Assembly (NCBI GenBank): GCA_016184125.1
Contig: JACPDG010000051.1
Location: 7,983-71,982, forward strand
Length of the DNA stretch: 64,000 nt
DNA from: Candidatus Rokuibacteriota bacterium
Lineage (GTDB): Bacteria; Methylomirabilota; Methylomirabilia; Rokubacteriales; CSP1-6
Direction: 5' to 3'
Positions 18,590-27,423 of this stretch are shown here, piece after piece. The translations under genes and the position numbers were made by a program. A model generated the notes under the pieces. That model was not told the origin of the DNA, ran no database searches, and was given only the letters and a program-made list of their open reading frames with translations. Position 1 is the stretch's first letter; the number at the start of each line of letters is the position of its first letter.

Positions 18590-20545
18590 GTGCGCCACCA
18601 CGCAGTCACCCGTGCGGCTCGCTGGGCAGTCCTGACCTTTCTCCTCGCCTTTCCGGCCTTCGCTCGGGCGCCCGAGGGGCGCGCGGCCGCGCCCGAGGGA
18701 GCCACGTCCCCGAATCGGCTGGCGCGGGAAGGCGTGACCGTCGAGTTCTCCGCGAAGCCGGCCGGCGGCGATGGAGACCTCCGGGAAGGCGATTACGCCG
18801 ACGTCTCCTTCCGCATCACCGACACCTCGACGGGCCGCCCGGTGCGGTCGCTCGCTCCGGGCGCGTGGATGGACATCGGGCAGCCGGTCGCGGCACGCGA
18901 CAAGGCGCCGCTCGACTGCCGGCAGAAGATGGGCCTCTACCTCTCTGGTCGGGTCGGTATCAGGCCCATGATCGACCTCAACAGCTACTACGTCCTCGCG
19001 CTCAACCGGGACTCGAGCATCTCGGTGGTGGATCCGCACGTCGGGATGGCGGGGAAGACGTACCTCTACGCCCACATCGCCCTGCCGAAGCCCGGCGCCG
19101 ACTGGGCGAAGACAACGGACGACAAGCGCCTGTTCGTCACGACTCCCCGGGGCGGACAGGTCGTGGTGGTCGACGCCGAGAGCTTCAAGGTCGCCGGCAA
19201 GGTGGACGTGGGCGGCCTGCCCGTACGGATCGTGATGCAGCGCGACGGCCGCTATCTCTGGGTGGGAGACGACAGCGCCGAGGCGGCGCGGAGCGGGGTG
19301 GTCGTCATCGATGGGGCGGCGCTGAGCGTCGCCGGCCGCATCCCCACGGGTCGCGGCCACCACGAGATCACACTCTCGCCGGACGACCGGTGGGCCTTCG
19401 TCAGCAATCGCGAAGAGGGCACGGTCTCGGTGATCGACGTCCAGCGTCTGGCGAAGGTCAAGGACGTGAAGACCGGCCTTCAGCCCATCTCGCTCGCGTA
19501 CTCGCGGCTGAGCCAGGCCCTGTACGTCGCCGACGGCGAGACGGGCGAGATCGCAGTGATCGACGGCCAGCGCCAGGAGGTGGTGGCCCGCATCGCGGCG
19601 AAGCCGGGCCTCGGGCCCATGCGCTTCACCGAGGACGGGCGCTGGGGGTTCGTCGTGAACACCCGGCACGACACGGTTCACGTCCTGGACATCTCGAACA
19701 ACCGCCTGGCGCACACGGTCCCCGTCGGGAAGCGTCCCTTCCAGCTCGCCGTCACCGGGGCGTTCGCCTACGTGCGCTCGCTCGATTCCGAAAAGGTGAG
19801 CATGATCCCGCTCTCGGAGCTCGGCCGTGACCAGATGCCGCGCGTCACGGACTTCGGCGCCGGCACGGAGACGCCGGGCGCGGCCGGGCCGGGCATCGCC
19901 GTGGCCGCGCCGATGGTCCCCGCGCTCGGCGAGGCGGCGGTGATGGTGGGGAACCCGGCGGACGGGAACATCTACTTCTACATGGAGGGGATGGTGGCAC
20001 CGATGGCCACCTTCCGGAGCTACGGCCACCGGCCCGCCGCGCTCGAGGTCGTCAACCGGAGCCTGAAGGAAACGGAGCCTGGCGTGTACCGGACCACGGT
20101 GCGGCTTCCCGCCGCGGGCACGTACGATGTCGGCTTCGTTCTGAACTCGCCTCAGCTGGTCCACTGCTTCGCAGCGGACGTCAAGGTGAACCCCGCGTTG
20201 GCCCGCACGGGGCCGTCGCTCGAGATCGCCTACCTCGTCAAGGACCGGCGCGTTCCGGTCGGTCAGCCGGTCACCGTCGGCTTCAAGCTGATCGACCCGG
20301 ACACGCAGCAACCGCGGACGGGGCTCGGCGACGTCGGCGTCTACTACGTGAGCTCGATGCGCCACCGGGCGCAGGCGCCGGTGCGCGAGCGGGGCGACGG
20401 CGTCTACGAGGCGACGATCTCGGTGCCTGAAGCGGGGGCGTATTACGTGTACGTGGCGGTCCCCTCGGCGAAGATCCAGCTCGGCGACCTCACGCACCTG
20501 AGCTTGATCGCCGAGCGGACGCCGGGCGCGACCCGACGCCGGTGA
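18590..20545 (+). CDS. Exported YVTN/YncE beta-propeller protein with C-terminal YtkA/FixH-like domain
   Basis: Signal peptide; repeated blades AFVSNREEGTVSVID, LYVADGETGEIAVID, GFVVNTRHDTVHVLD. Confidence 0.8.
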   Translation: MRHHAVTRAARWAVLTFLLAFPAFARAPEGRAAAPEGATSPNRLAREGVTVEFSAKPAGGDGDLREGDYADVSFRITDTSTGRPVRSLAPGAWMDIGQPVAARDKAPLDCRQKMGLYLSGRVGIRPMIDLNSYYVLALNRDSSISVVDPHVGMAGKTYLYAHIALPKPGADWAKTTDDKRLFVTTPRGGQVVVVDAESFKVAGKVDVGGLPVRIVMQRDGRYLWVGDDSAEAARSGVVVIDGAALSVAGRIPTGRGHHEITLSPDDRWAFVSNREEGTVSVIDVQRLAKVKDVKTGLQPISLAYSRLSQALYVADGETGEIAVIDGQRQEVVARIAAKPGLGPMRFTEDGRWGFVVNTRHDTVHVLDISNNRLAHTVPVGKRPFQLAVTGAFAYVRSLDSEKVSMIPLSELGRDQMPRVTDFGAGTETPGAAGPGIAVAAPMVPALGEAAVMVGNPADGNIYFYMEGMVAPMATFRSYGHRPAALEVVNRSLKETEPGVYRTTVRLPAAGTYDVGFVLNSPQLVHCFAADVKVNPALARTGPSLEIAYLVKDRRVPVGQPVTVGFKLIDPDTQQPRTGLGDVGVYYVSSMRHRAQAPVRERGDGVYEATISVPEAGAYYVYVAVPSAKIQLGDLTHLSLIAERTPGATRRR

Positions 20546-20563
20546 AGTGAGAAACGGCCTCGC

Positions 20564-22153
20564 ATGGCCCTCACGTCCTGGCGACGTACCCGCTGCGCCG
20601 TGCTCGTCGGCGCTGCCGTGCTTCTCGTCCCCGCCGTGATCGCGGCCGCCGGCCTTTCGGAGGCCGAGCGGCGGGGCAAGCGCATCTACATCGAGGGGCG
20701 GGGCCGCGGCCCGATCTCGGCGTACCTCGTCGGTCCGCGGCTGTCGGCGCCGGGCTCGGCGTTCCCATGCGCGAACTGTCATCTCGGAGAAGGTCCCGGG
20801 GTCAAGGAGGGCGGTGTCCAGGCCGCGGACATCAGGCATGCGACGCTCACGAAGGCGTTCGAGGGCGTCCGCCCGTCGGGGCGCGCGCATCCGCCGTACG
20901 CCGATGGGGACCTCGAGCGTGCCGTGGCGTTCGGCGCCGACCCCGGCGGCAACGCGCTCCACGAGGCCCATCCCCGCTATGCGATGAGCCCCGACGACCT
21001 GGCGGACCTCGTCGCCTACCTGAAGATCGTGGGGCGCGAGCCCGTGCCGGGTGTGACGGAGCGCGAGGTCCGCGTCGGCGTGCTCCTTCCGGACCGCGGG
21101 CCGCTCGCCGAGGCGGGGAACGCGGTGACGCGCTTGCTCCGGGGCTACTTCGACGAGGTGAACGCGCGGGGCGGGCTCTTCAGGCGAGCGCTCACGCTCG
21201 TGCCCGTCCTGTTCGATCCGGCCCGCGAGGACTCGGTGACTGCCGCCGTGAGAGAGGTGGTGGAGGAGGAGAACCTCTTCTGCCTGCTCGCCAATGTCGG
21301 CGTGCCGCCGGACCACGAGAGCTTGAAGGCGCTGTCGGCGGCACAGGTTCCCGTCATCGCGCCCTTGCAGGTCGCGCTGGACGGCGGCTACGGCGCGGAC
21401 CGCTACACGTTCCACGTCTGGGCGAGCATTCGCGATCAGGCGCGGGTGATGGTGGATTTCCTCACGCAGGCCGCCAGCAGGGCCCCGGCGCGGCTTGCGG
21501 TGCTCCACGTGTCGGACGCGTCCGGCGAGGCGGCCGCAGCCGGAGCGCGGGAGCAGCTCGCCAAGCACGGGCGTTCGGTCGTGGCCGAGGTGGCCTTTGC
21601 GCCGGGGAGGCTTTCTGCGCCCGAGATCGTGAGCCGGCTCCGGGACGCCTCCGCCGAGGCGGTCCTCTTCTTCGGGAGCGGTACCGACGTCCTCGCGTTT
21701 CTCGATGAGACGGAGCGCCAGCAGTGGCGCCCGCTCGTCCTCGCTCCCGCACCGATGGTCGGACGCTCGCTCCTCTCCCTGCCTGCCGGCGTGGCCAGGT
21801 CCGTGTACCTCGCGTCTCCGATCGCGAGTCCCGATCCCGCGGCGCGGGAGACGGCGGAGTTCCTGCGCCTCGCTGCCCGGTCGGCGGGTTCCGGAGACCA
21901 CCGGTCGTTCCAGATGCTCGCCTTCGCTGGAGCGAAGCTCCTGGAGGAAGGCCTGAGGCGATCGGGTCGAGACGTCAGCCGCCAGCGGGTCGTCGACGCG
22001 CTCGGGAGTCTCTGGAGATTTCCGACCGGCGTCACGCCGCCACTGACCTACAGCGGGAACCGTCGTGTGGGTGCGCTGGGATCCCAGATCCTCGCGATCG
22101 ACGCCGAACAGGGCCGGCTGACCGTGGCCGCCCCGTGGCGTGAGCCGCGATGA
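20564..22153 (+). CDS. Cytochrome c fused to a Leu/Ile/Val-type periplasmic binding-protein domain
   Basis: CANCH heme motif; PGVTEREVRVG start of Peripla_BP_6-like domain. Confidence 0.8.
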   Translation: MALTSWRRTRCAVLVGAAVLLVPAVIAAAGLSEAERRGKRIYIEGRGRGPISAYLVGPRLSAPGSAFPCANCHLGEGPGVKEGGVQAADIRHATLTKAFEGVRPSGRAHPPYADGDLERAVAFGADPGGNALHEAHPRYAMSPDDLADLVAYLKIVGREPVPGVTEREVRVGVLLPDRGPLAEAGNAVTRLLRGYFDEVNARGGLFRRALTLVPVLFDPAREDSVTAAVREVVEEENLFCLLANVGVPPDHESLKALSAAQVPVIAPLQVALDGGYGADRYTFHVWASIRDQARVMVDFLTQAASRAPARLAVLHVSDASGEAAAAGAREQLAKHGRSVVAEVAFAPGRLSAPEIVSRLRDASAEAVLFFGSGTDVLAFLDETERQQWRPLVLAPAPMVGRSLLSLPAGVARSVYLASPIASPDPAARETAEFLRLAARSAGSGDHRSFQMLAFAGAKLLEEGLRRSGRDVSRQRVVDALGSLWRFPTGVTPPLTYSGNRRVGALGSQILAIDAEQGRLTVAAPWREPR

Positions 22154-22172
22154 CCGGTACGGGGGAGATGAC

Positions 22173-22409
22173 ATGCCGGAACCCGGAACGCGCAGAGCGT
22201 TCGAGACCTCGGACATCAGCCTGGCCAGCTTCCTGCGTTGCCGGGGCTTTCCGTTCGAGGACCTCAAGCGCAGCGGCAACCGGACGCTCTTCGTGTTCCG
22301 GCACTCCGACGAGCTGCACCGCGCCGTTCTCGCCTACGCCAACGACGAGAGTGTCCCGGTGCGTTCGTTCTCGAACAACCTGAGAGACCTGAAGGCGCTG
22401 ACGCGGTGA
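22173..22409 (+). CDS. Small DUF5659-like protein (78 aa)
   Basis: FETSDISLASFLRCRGF...FVF...SFSNNLRDLK pattern; GGGGGAG RBS. Confidence 0.65.
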   Translation: MPEPGTRRAFETSDISLASFLRCRGFPFEDLKRSGNRTLFVFRHSDELHRAVLAYANDESVPVRSFSNNLRDLKALTR

Positions 22410-22455
22410 GCGGGCCCGGAACGTTGCGCCCGCCCGTCGACAGGGGAAGAGAAGG

Positions 22456-23121
22456 ATGACGAGAGCGATCGTGTTCGCCGCCGCCCTGGCGGCCCAGCTC
22501 ATCGTGGCGGTCGTCGCGTCCGCGCAGTCAGGATCGGGCCACCATCACCCGGCCGAGGCTTCCGCGGGTGCCGAAGCGAAGTCGGTGACGGTCAAGCTGC
22601 TCGACCTGGAGCTGCTCGACCAGGATGGAAAGCGGGTTCGCTTCAAGAGCGACGTCGTGCGAGACCGGCTGGTGGTGGTCAACGTGATCTACACCACCTG
22701 CCCGGTGGTCTGCCCGATCCTGTCCAGCGTGTTCGCGAACCTGCAGGAGCCGCTCGGCGAACGATTGGGGAAGGAGGTCGTCCTCGTCTCGATCAGCGTC
22801 GATCCCCTCAACGACATCCCGCCCCGGTTGAAGGAGTACGCCAAGCGGTTCAACGCCAGACCCGGGTGGGTCTTCCTCACCGGCAGCAAGGGGAACGTCG
22901 ATGAGATGCTCCGAGGCCTCAACATGTACGCCGCCGACTTCTCGGAGCACACGACCAGCATGCTCGTGGGCGACGGCCGGGAAGGCCGGTGGCGGCGCCT
23001 CTACGACGTCCCGCCCCCGGACCGTGTGCTGGCAGAGCTCGGGGAGCTGACGGTGGCGCGGGGCGGGGAAGCCCGCCCTGCCTCGCACGATGCGGTCGAC
23101 CACGGCGGGCACCGGCGATGA
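22456..23121 (+). CDS. SCO1/SenC copper chaperone 1
   Basis: YTTCPVVCP CxxxC, VSISVDP, distal His (EHT); HHH after signal peptide. Confidence 0.9.
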   Translation: MTRAIVFAAALAAQLIVAVVASAQSGSGHHHPAEASAGAEAKSVTVKLLDLELLDQDGKRVRFKSDVVRDRLVVVNVIYTTCPVVCPILSSVFANLQEPLGERLGKEVVLVSISVDPLNDIPPRLKEYAKRFNARPGWVFLTGSKGNVDEMLRGLNMYAADFSEHTTSMLVGDGREGRWRRLYDVPPPDRVLAELGELTVARGGEARPASHDAVDHGGHRR

Positions 23122-23708
23122 CGGCCTCCGGTCTGGCGCTCGCCCTGCTTCTCGGCGCCATTGTCGCCGCCCCGTCCGGCTCGGCACCGCCGCAGCCGCG
23201 GCCGGGCGGCCGGCTCGATCCCGGGGGGGCCCGCCAGTACTTCACCGACGTGACGCTGGTGGACCACGAGGGCCGGTCGCACCGGCTCTACAGCGACCTG
23301 CTCCGCGGCAAGGTGGTGGTCGTCAACTCGTTCTACACGAGCTGCACGGAGTCGTGCCCCGTCATCATGGGAAAGATGTCGCGCATCCAGGCCGCGGTCG
23401 GCGAGCGGCTCGGCCGCGACGTGCACCTCGTGTCGCTCACCGTCGACCCGGCGACCGACACGCCGGCCCGGCTGAAGGAGTACGCGGCGCGCCTCGGCGT
23501 GCGCCCGGGCTGGTACCTCGTGAGCGGGGAGCCGCGGAACGTCTCCGAGGCGCTGCGCAAGCTCGGCCACGCCACCGGGAGCAAGGAGGCGCACACGAAC
23601 CTCCTCATCGTCGGCAACGAGCGAACCGGGCTGTGGAAGAAGGCGACGGCGCTGGCCCACCCCGACGACCTGGTCCGTCTCGTCGAGGACGTGCTCGACG
23701 ATCGATGA
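23118..23708 (+). CDS. SCO1/SenC copper chaperone 2
   Basis: YTSCTESCP, SLTVDPATD, AHTN; ATGA overlap. Confidence 0.9.
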   Translation: MTASGLALALLLGAIVAAPSGSAPPQPRPGGRLDPGGARQYFTDVTLVDHEGRSHRLYSDLLRGKVVVVNSFYTSCTESCPVIMGKMSRIQAAVGERLGRDVHLVSLTVDPATDTPARLKEYAARLGVRPGWYLVSGEPRNVSEALRKLGHATGSKEAHTNLLIVGNERTGLWKKATALAHPDDLVRLVEDVLDDR

Positions 23709-23732
23709 AGTCGGAGGGCGCCCGGCCTCGCC

Positions 23733-26165
23733 TCACTGGCGTGCAGGCGGTGGCGCGGGCAGGACGGGTGGCGGTGGAGGCGGCGCGCCCTCCCGCGGCG
23801 GCGCGGGCGACCCGGGCGGCGCCTCGGACGGGGGCGCCGGGGGCGGTGGAGGCGGCGGCAACGGCGACGGCTGCCGTGGCGCCCGCTTGATCGACTGCTC
23901 CAGCTCTGGCGTCGAGCGCCGCATCTGCTCGGTGAGCTTCGCCGCGTCGAGCGCGGTGCCGATGACCCGCGGCGTGATCATGAGGATCAGCTCGGTCTTC
24001 TCGATCTCGCGGCTCTTCGACCCGAAGAGGTAGCCGAGGATCGGGATGTCCTTCAGCCACGGGATCCCGGTCGTTGTCGAGCGACCCCGATTCTGGATCA
24101 AACCGCCCAGCACGAGCGTCTGGTTGTTCACGAGCACGACCGAGGTCTCGGCCTCCCGCTTGATGAACGTCGGCGAGCCGCCGACGCCCGGTCTCGTGCC
24201 GATCGCGTTGACCTCCTGCTTGACGTCGAGGGCGACGGTCCCGCGCTCGCCGATGCGCGGCGTCACGGTGAGGATCACGCCGGCGTCGCGGTACTCCACG
24301 GTCTGGGTCCCCGTCGTGACGATGGTCTGACCCTGGGCTGGCGTCGTCGTGCCACCAACGGGCGCCTGCTGGCTGGTGATGATCGGCACCGACTCGGAGA
24401 CGTTGATGACGGCCTTCTTGTTCTCGGCCGTGAGGACATGCGGGTTCGACAGCACGTTGATGCGACTCTCGCTGGCGAGCGCGTTGAGGAGCGCGAAGAA
24501 CCGATCCGAGGCGAACGTGAACGCGGTGAACCCGCTCGCGAGACCGGCTGCCGTGGAGAACGGCCCGAACGGAGCGGCCGGCGGGGGAGCGGCGGCGCCG
24601 GCGAGCGACTGCTGACCGAATCGGAACCGGCCCTCCTGCAGGGCCCAGTCGATGCCGAGAGACGTGATGTCGTTGAGCGTGATCTCGGCCACCAGGACCT
24701 CGATCAGGACCTGCCGGGGCATCTTGTCGAGCTGTCGGATGGTCGTCTCGACCTCGGGCCAGATGTGCGGGAACGTCGCGACGATGACGGAGTTCGTCGT
24801 CTCATCCGCGATGAACCGGACCTGCCCCTCGGGCCCGGCCTCGGCGCCTGGCTGAGCACCGACCGGCCCCCCGGGCGCGGCGGTCGGCGGTGGAGGCGGC
24901 GGCGGGACCGGCTCGCCAGGCCGGCGCGTGGTCGTCGGCGCGGGCACGCCGGTCGGGAGCGTTTCCTTGCCGCCGTAGATCGCGTTCAGCGTGGCGGTGA
25001 GGTCCTTCGCCTTCGCGTTCTCCGCGTAGTAGATGAACACCCGCCGGCCGCGGTAGATGTCGATGTCGAGCTGCGCGATCAGCTTCTTGATCAGCTCGAG
25101 CTCGTGCCGCCGCGCGTGGACGATGAGCGAGTTCGTGCGCCGCGACGCGATGATGAGCGGGGGGCGCTCCGGTCCACCGGCGTCGACCGTGGCCGGCGCG
25201 CCGGGCACCGTGGGCGGACGAGGCACGCCGGGTGCGGCAGGCACGGGCGGGGGGGCGGCGGGCACGCCGGCCGGCGCGCCCGTCCGCACGCGGCCGGTCT
25301 GGAAGAGGCGATTGAGAATCGCTTCCAGCTCCGCCGCGTCCGCATAGCGAAGGGGGACGATCTGGAGCTCCTCGAGCGTGACCTCGACGTCGACGAGACG
25401 GACGATGTCGAGCAGGCGCCGGATGTTCGAGGCCGTGTCGGTGAGGATCAGGATGTTCGTCTCGCGGTGAGCGATCAGCGCGCCGCGCGACGACATCAGG
25501 GGCCGGATGAGGTTCGAGACGTCGGTCACCGACGCGAAGCGCATCGGGACGATCTGCGTGATCACCTCGTCGCTCACCCGGGTCGGGTCGGGCGCGCCGC
25601 CGATGATGGTCGGGATGGCGCGCTCCCGTGCGCCCTCCATCACGACGATCTTGTAGAGGTTGCCCGACTTCACGGCGGTGACGCCGTGCACTTCGAGGAT
25701 GGCGAGCATGACGCCGAAGACGTCTTCCTGGGGGATGCGTCCGGACGTCTGGACGGTGACCTTCTTCCCGGCCACGCCGGGTCCAAGGACGTAGTTGAAC
25801 CCGGCGATCTCCGCCGCCGCCTGCACGACGGTCTCGACGTCGGCGTTGTCGAAGTTCAGGACGACGAACTTGCCACGCTGCCCGGGGGCGACGGGGGGCG
25901 CCGTCGGCGGGGCGCTCGCCGGCGGCGGGACGTCGACGCGTTCAGGGCGATCGGGGCGTTCGACGATCGGCGGCGGCGGTGGTGTCCCGGGCACCGCCGG
26001 CGGCGTCGCGGGCGGCGTGACTGCCGGCGGTGGGCCGACCGGCGAGGGGACCTGCGTCGTCGCCACGCGCGGGCGCGAACGGGGCGGCGTCGCGCAGCCG
26101 GCGAGTACGGTCAGCAGCAGAACGGCGGCGACGCTTCTTACAACACCATTACCGCTGGGCGGCAT
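23733..26165 (-). CDS. gspD: Type II secretion secretin, lipoprotein
   Basis: LNFDNADV N0 domain, QVLIEVLVAE, LVLGGLI, IPWLKDIPILGYLF; lipobox LAGC; Pro-rich tail. Confidence 0.93.
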   Translation of the reverse strand: MPPSGNGVVRSVAAVLLLTVLAGCATPPRSRPRVATTQVPSPVGPPPAVTPPATPPAVPGTPPPPPIVERPDRPERVDVPPPASAPPTAPPVAPGQRGKFVVLNFDNADVETVVQAAAEIAGFNYVLGPGVAGKKVTVQTSGRIPQEDVFGVMLAILEVHGVTAVKSGNLYKIVVMEGARERAIPTIIGGAPDPTRVSDEVITQIVPMRFASVTDVSNLIRPLMSSRGALIAHRETNILILTDTASNIRRLLDIVRLVDVEVTLEELQIVPLRYADAAELEAILNRLFQTGRVRTGAPAGVPAAPPPVPAAPGVPRPPTVPGAPATVDAGGPERPPLIIASRRTNSLIVHARRHELELIKKLIAQLDIDIYRGRRVFIYYAENAKAKDLTATLNAIYGGKETLPTGVPAPTTTRRPGEPVPPPPPPPTAAPGGPVGAQPGAEAGPEGQVRFIADETTNSVIVATFPHIWPEVETTIRQLDKMPRQVLIEVLVAEITLNDITSLGIDWALQEGRFRFGQQSLAGAAAPPPAAPFGPFSTAAGLASGFTAFTFASDRFFALLNALASESRINVLSNPHVLTAENKKAVINVSESVPIITSQQAPVGGTTTPAQGQTIVTTGTQTVEYRDAGVILTVTPRIGERGTVALDVKQEVNAIGTRPGVGGSPTFIKREAETSVVLVNNQTLVLGGLIQNRGRSTTTGIPWLKDIPILGYLFGSKSREIEKTELILMITPRVIGTALDAAKLTEQMRRSTPELEQSIKRAPRQPSPLPPPPPPPAPPSEAPPGSPAPPREGAPPPPPPVLPAPPPARQ

Positions 26166-26850
26166 CGCTCGTGGCCGGTGGGACGCGGCGCAGCACGCTC
26201 GGCGGCAGCGGGCGTCTGGGAACCGGCATGCCGGGAGCCGTCGGGTATCCGGGCTGAATCGTCGGTGGCGTACCTGGCGGCTGCACCTGCCCGGGGACGC
26301 CGGCGCCGGGCGCCCGCTGCGCGGGCTGCGGTGACGGCGGCGCGGGCGGGCGCGGCTTCGACGGGTCACGCAGGCGCACATCGAGATTGCCCTCGGGCCG
26401 CGCGAGCACGACGTGATCGGCGTGGATCGCCTGGACGGTTCCCCCGCCGATCGAGTCGCCGAGCCGGTATCCCGCGACCCGCTTCGTCGACGGATCCTCC
26501 AGGTACGCGACCGGCGTGCCGTCACGAAGCACGACACCGTGCAGGTTCGGCTTCACCGGCGCAGGCGTGGGTCGCGCCGCCTGCGCCGTCGCCCCGGGCG
26601 GCGTCTCGCTTCGCGTGGGACTGAAGAGGTTCCGACTCGCGACAACGGCATAGCTGCCGGGCGCGGGAGGCGGAGCGGGCGTCTCGGGTGCCGTCGACGC
26701 TGCGAGGGGCGCTTGCGCCGGCCGCGGTCGGACGGGTTGGGACCGCGGCTGCGGCGCGGACAGGTCCCGCACGATATACGTCCCGGCGACGGCTGCCGCA
26801 GCGAGGAAGAGAACGTTGAACAGGATGAGACGCTTGGACATCCCCGCCAT
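26149..26850 (-). CDS. T2SS GspC-like bitopic protein
   Basis: N-terminal TM, RNLFSPTR, LHGVV...VAYL...YRLGDSIGG HR-domain pattern; position before gspD. Confidence 0.65.
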   Translation of the reverse strand: MAGMSKRLILFNVLFLAAAAVAGTYIVRDLSAPQPRSQPVRPRPAQAPLAASTAPETPAPPPAPGSYAVVASRNLFSPTRSETPPGATAQAARPTPAPVKPNLHGVVLRDGTPVAYLEDPSTKRVAGYRLGDSIGGGTVQAIHADHVVLARPEGNLDVRLRDPSKPRPPAPPSPQPAQRAPGAGVPGQVQPPGTPPTIQPGYPTAPGMPVPRRPLPPSVLRRVPPATSDAAQR

Positions 26851-26853
26851 CGT

Positions 26854-27423
26854 TCAGGTCCTCGCTCGGGCCGGCAGGATGAAGCCGGACACCGTGATGG
26901 TCGCGAGCAGGTCCTTCGGGTGCGCGATGTTCATGACGCGCACCTTGAGATCCTGCACGGTCACGAGCTTTGGCGCACCCTCGAGGCGCGCGAGCAGGTC
27001 GACGAGGTTCTTGATCTCACCGGACACGGCGATCTCCACGGGGATCTCGAGGACCTCACCGCGCTCCACGGGCGGCAGGATACGCTCGCTCCTGACTTCC
27101 GTGCCTGCGGCGGTCGCCATCTCCTTGGCGATCTTCTGGAGCTCCGATGCCGCGACGGGCGGCGCGGCGGCGGTGAGGAGCTTCGCGGACAGCGTGTCGA
27201 TCCGCGCGGTCACCGCCTCGAGCTCATGGATGAGATCGGCCTTGCGCGCGATGAGCTCATGATGGCGCGCGAGCAGCCGCTCCCTTGCCGGAACGAGCTC
27301 CGCGGTGAGCTCGTCCTTCTCCCGGATCGGCTGCACCACGAATTCCCAGCCGATGACGACGACCATGGCGAGCACGGCGAGCGCGATGAGCAGGCGTTCG
27401 CGGCGCGAGAGGTTCCCGATCAT
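26854..27423 (-). CDS. gspM: T2SS GspM/PilO-like protein
   Basis: LSRRERLLI TM, coiled coil, ferredoxin-like C-terminus; operon position. Confidence 0.8.
   Translation of the reverse strand: MIGNLSRRERLLIALAVLAMVVVIGWEFVVQPIREKDELTAELVPARERLLARHHELIARKADLIHELEAVTARIDTLSAKLLTAAAPPVAASELQKIAKEMATAAGTEVRSERILPPVERGEVLEIPVEIAVSGEIKNLVDLLARLEGAPKLVTVQDLKVRVMNIAHPKDLLATITVSGFILPARART

Noticed and set aside
12400-18705. 2101-aa minus-strand ORF and many other long shadow ORFs
   Set aside because: Antisense or alternate frames of high-GC genes, Arg/Ala/Gly-rich with no recognisable motifs
23733-23900. Pro-rich stretches as tandem DNA repeats
   Set aside because: Ordinary low-complexity linker coding without a periodic unit
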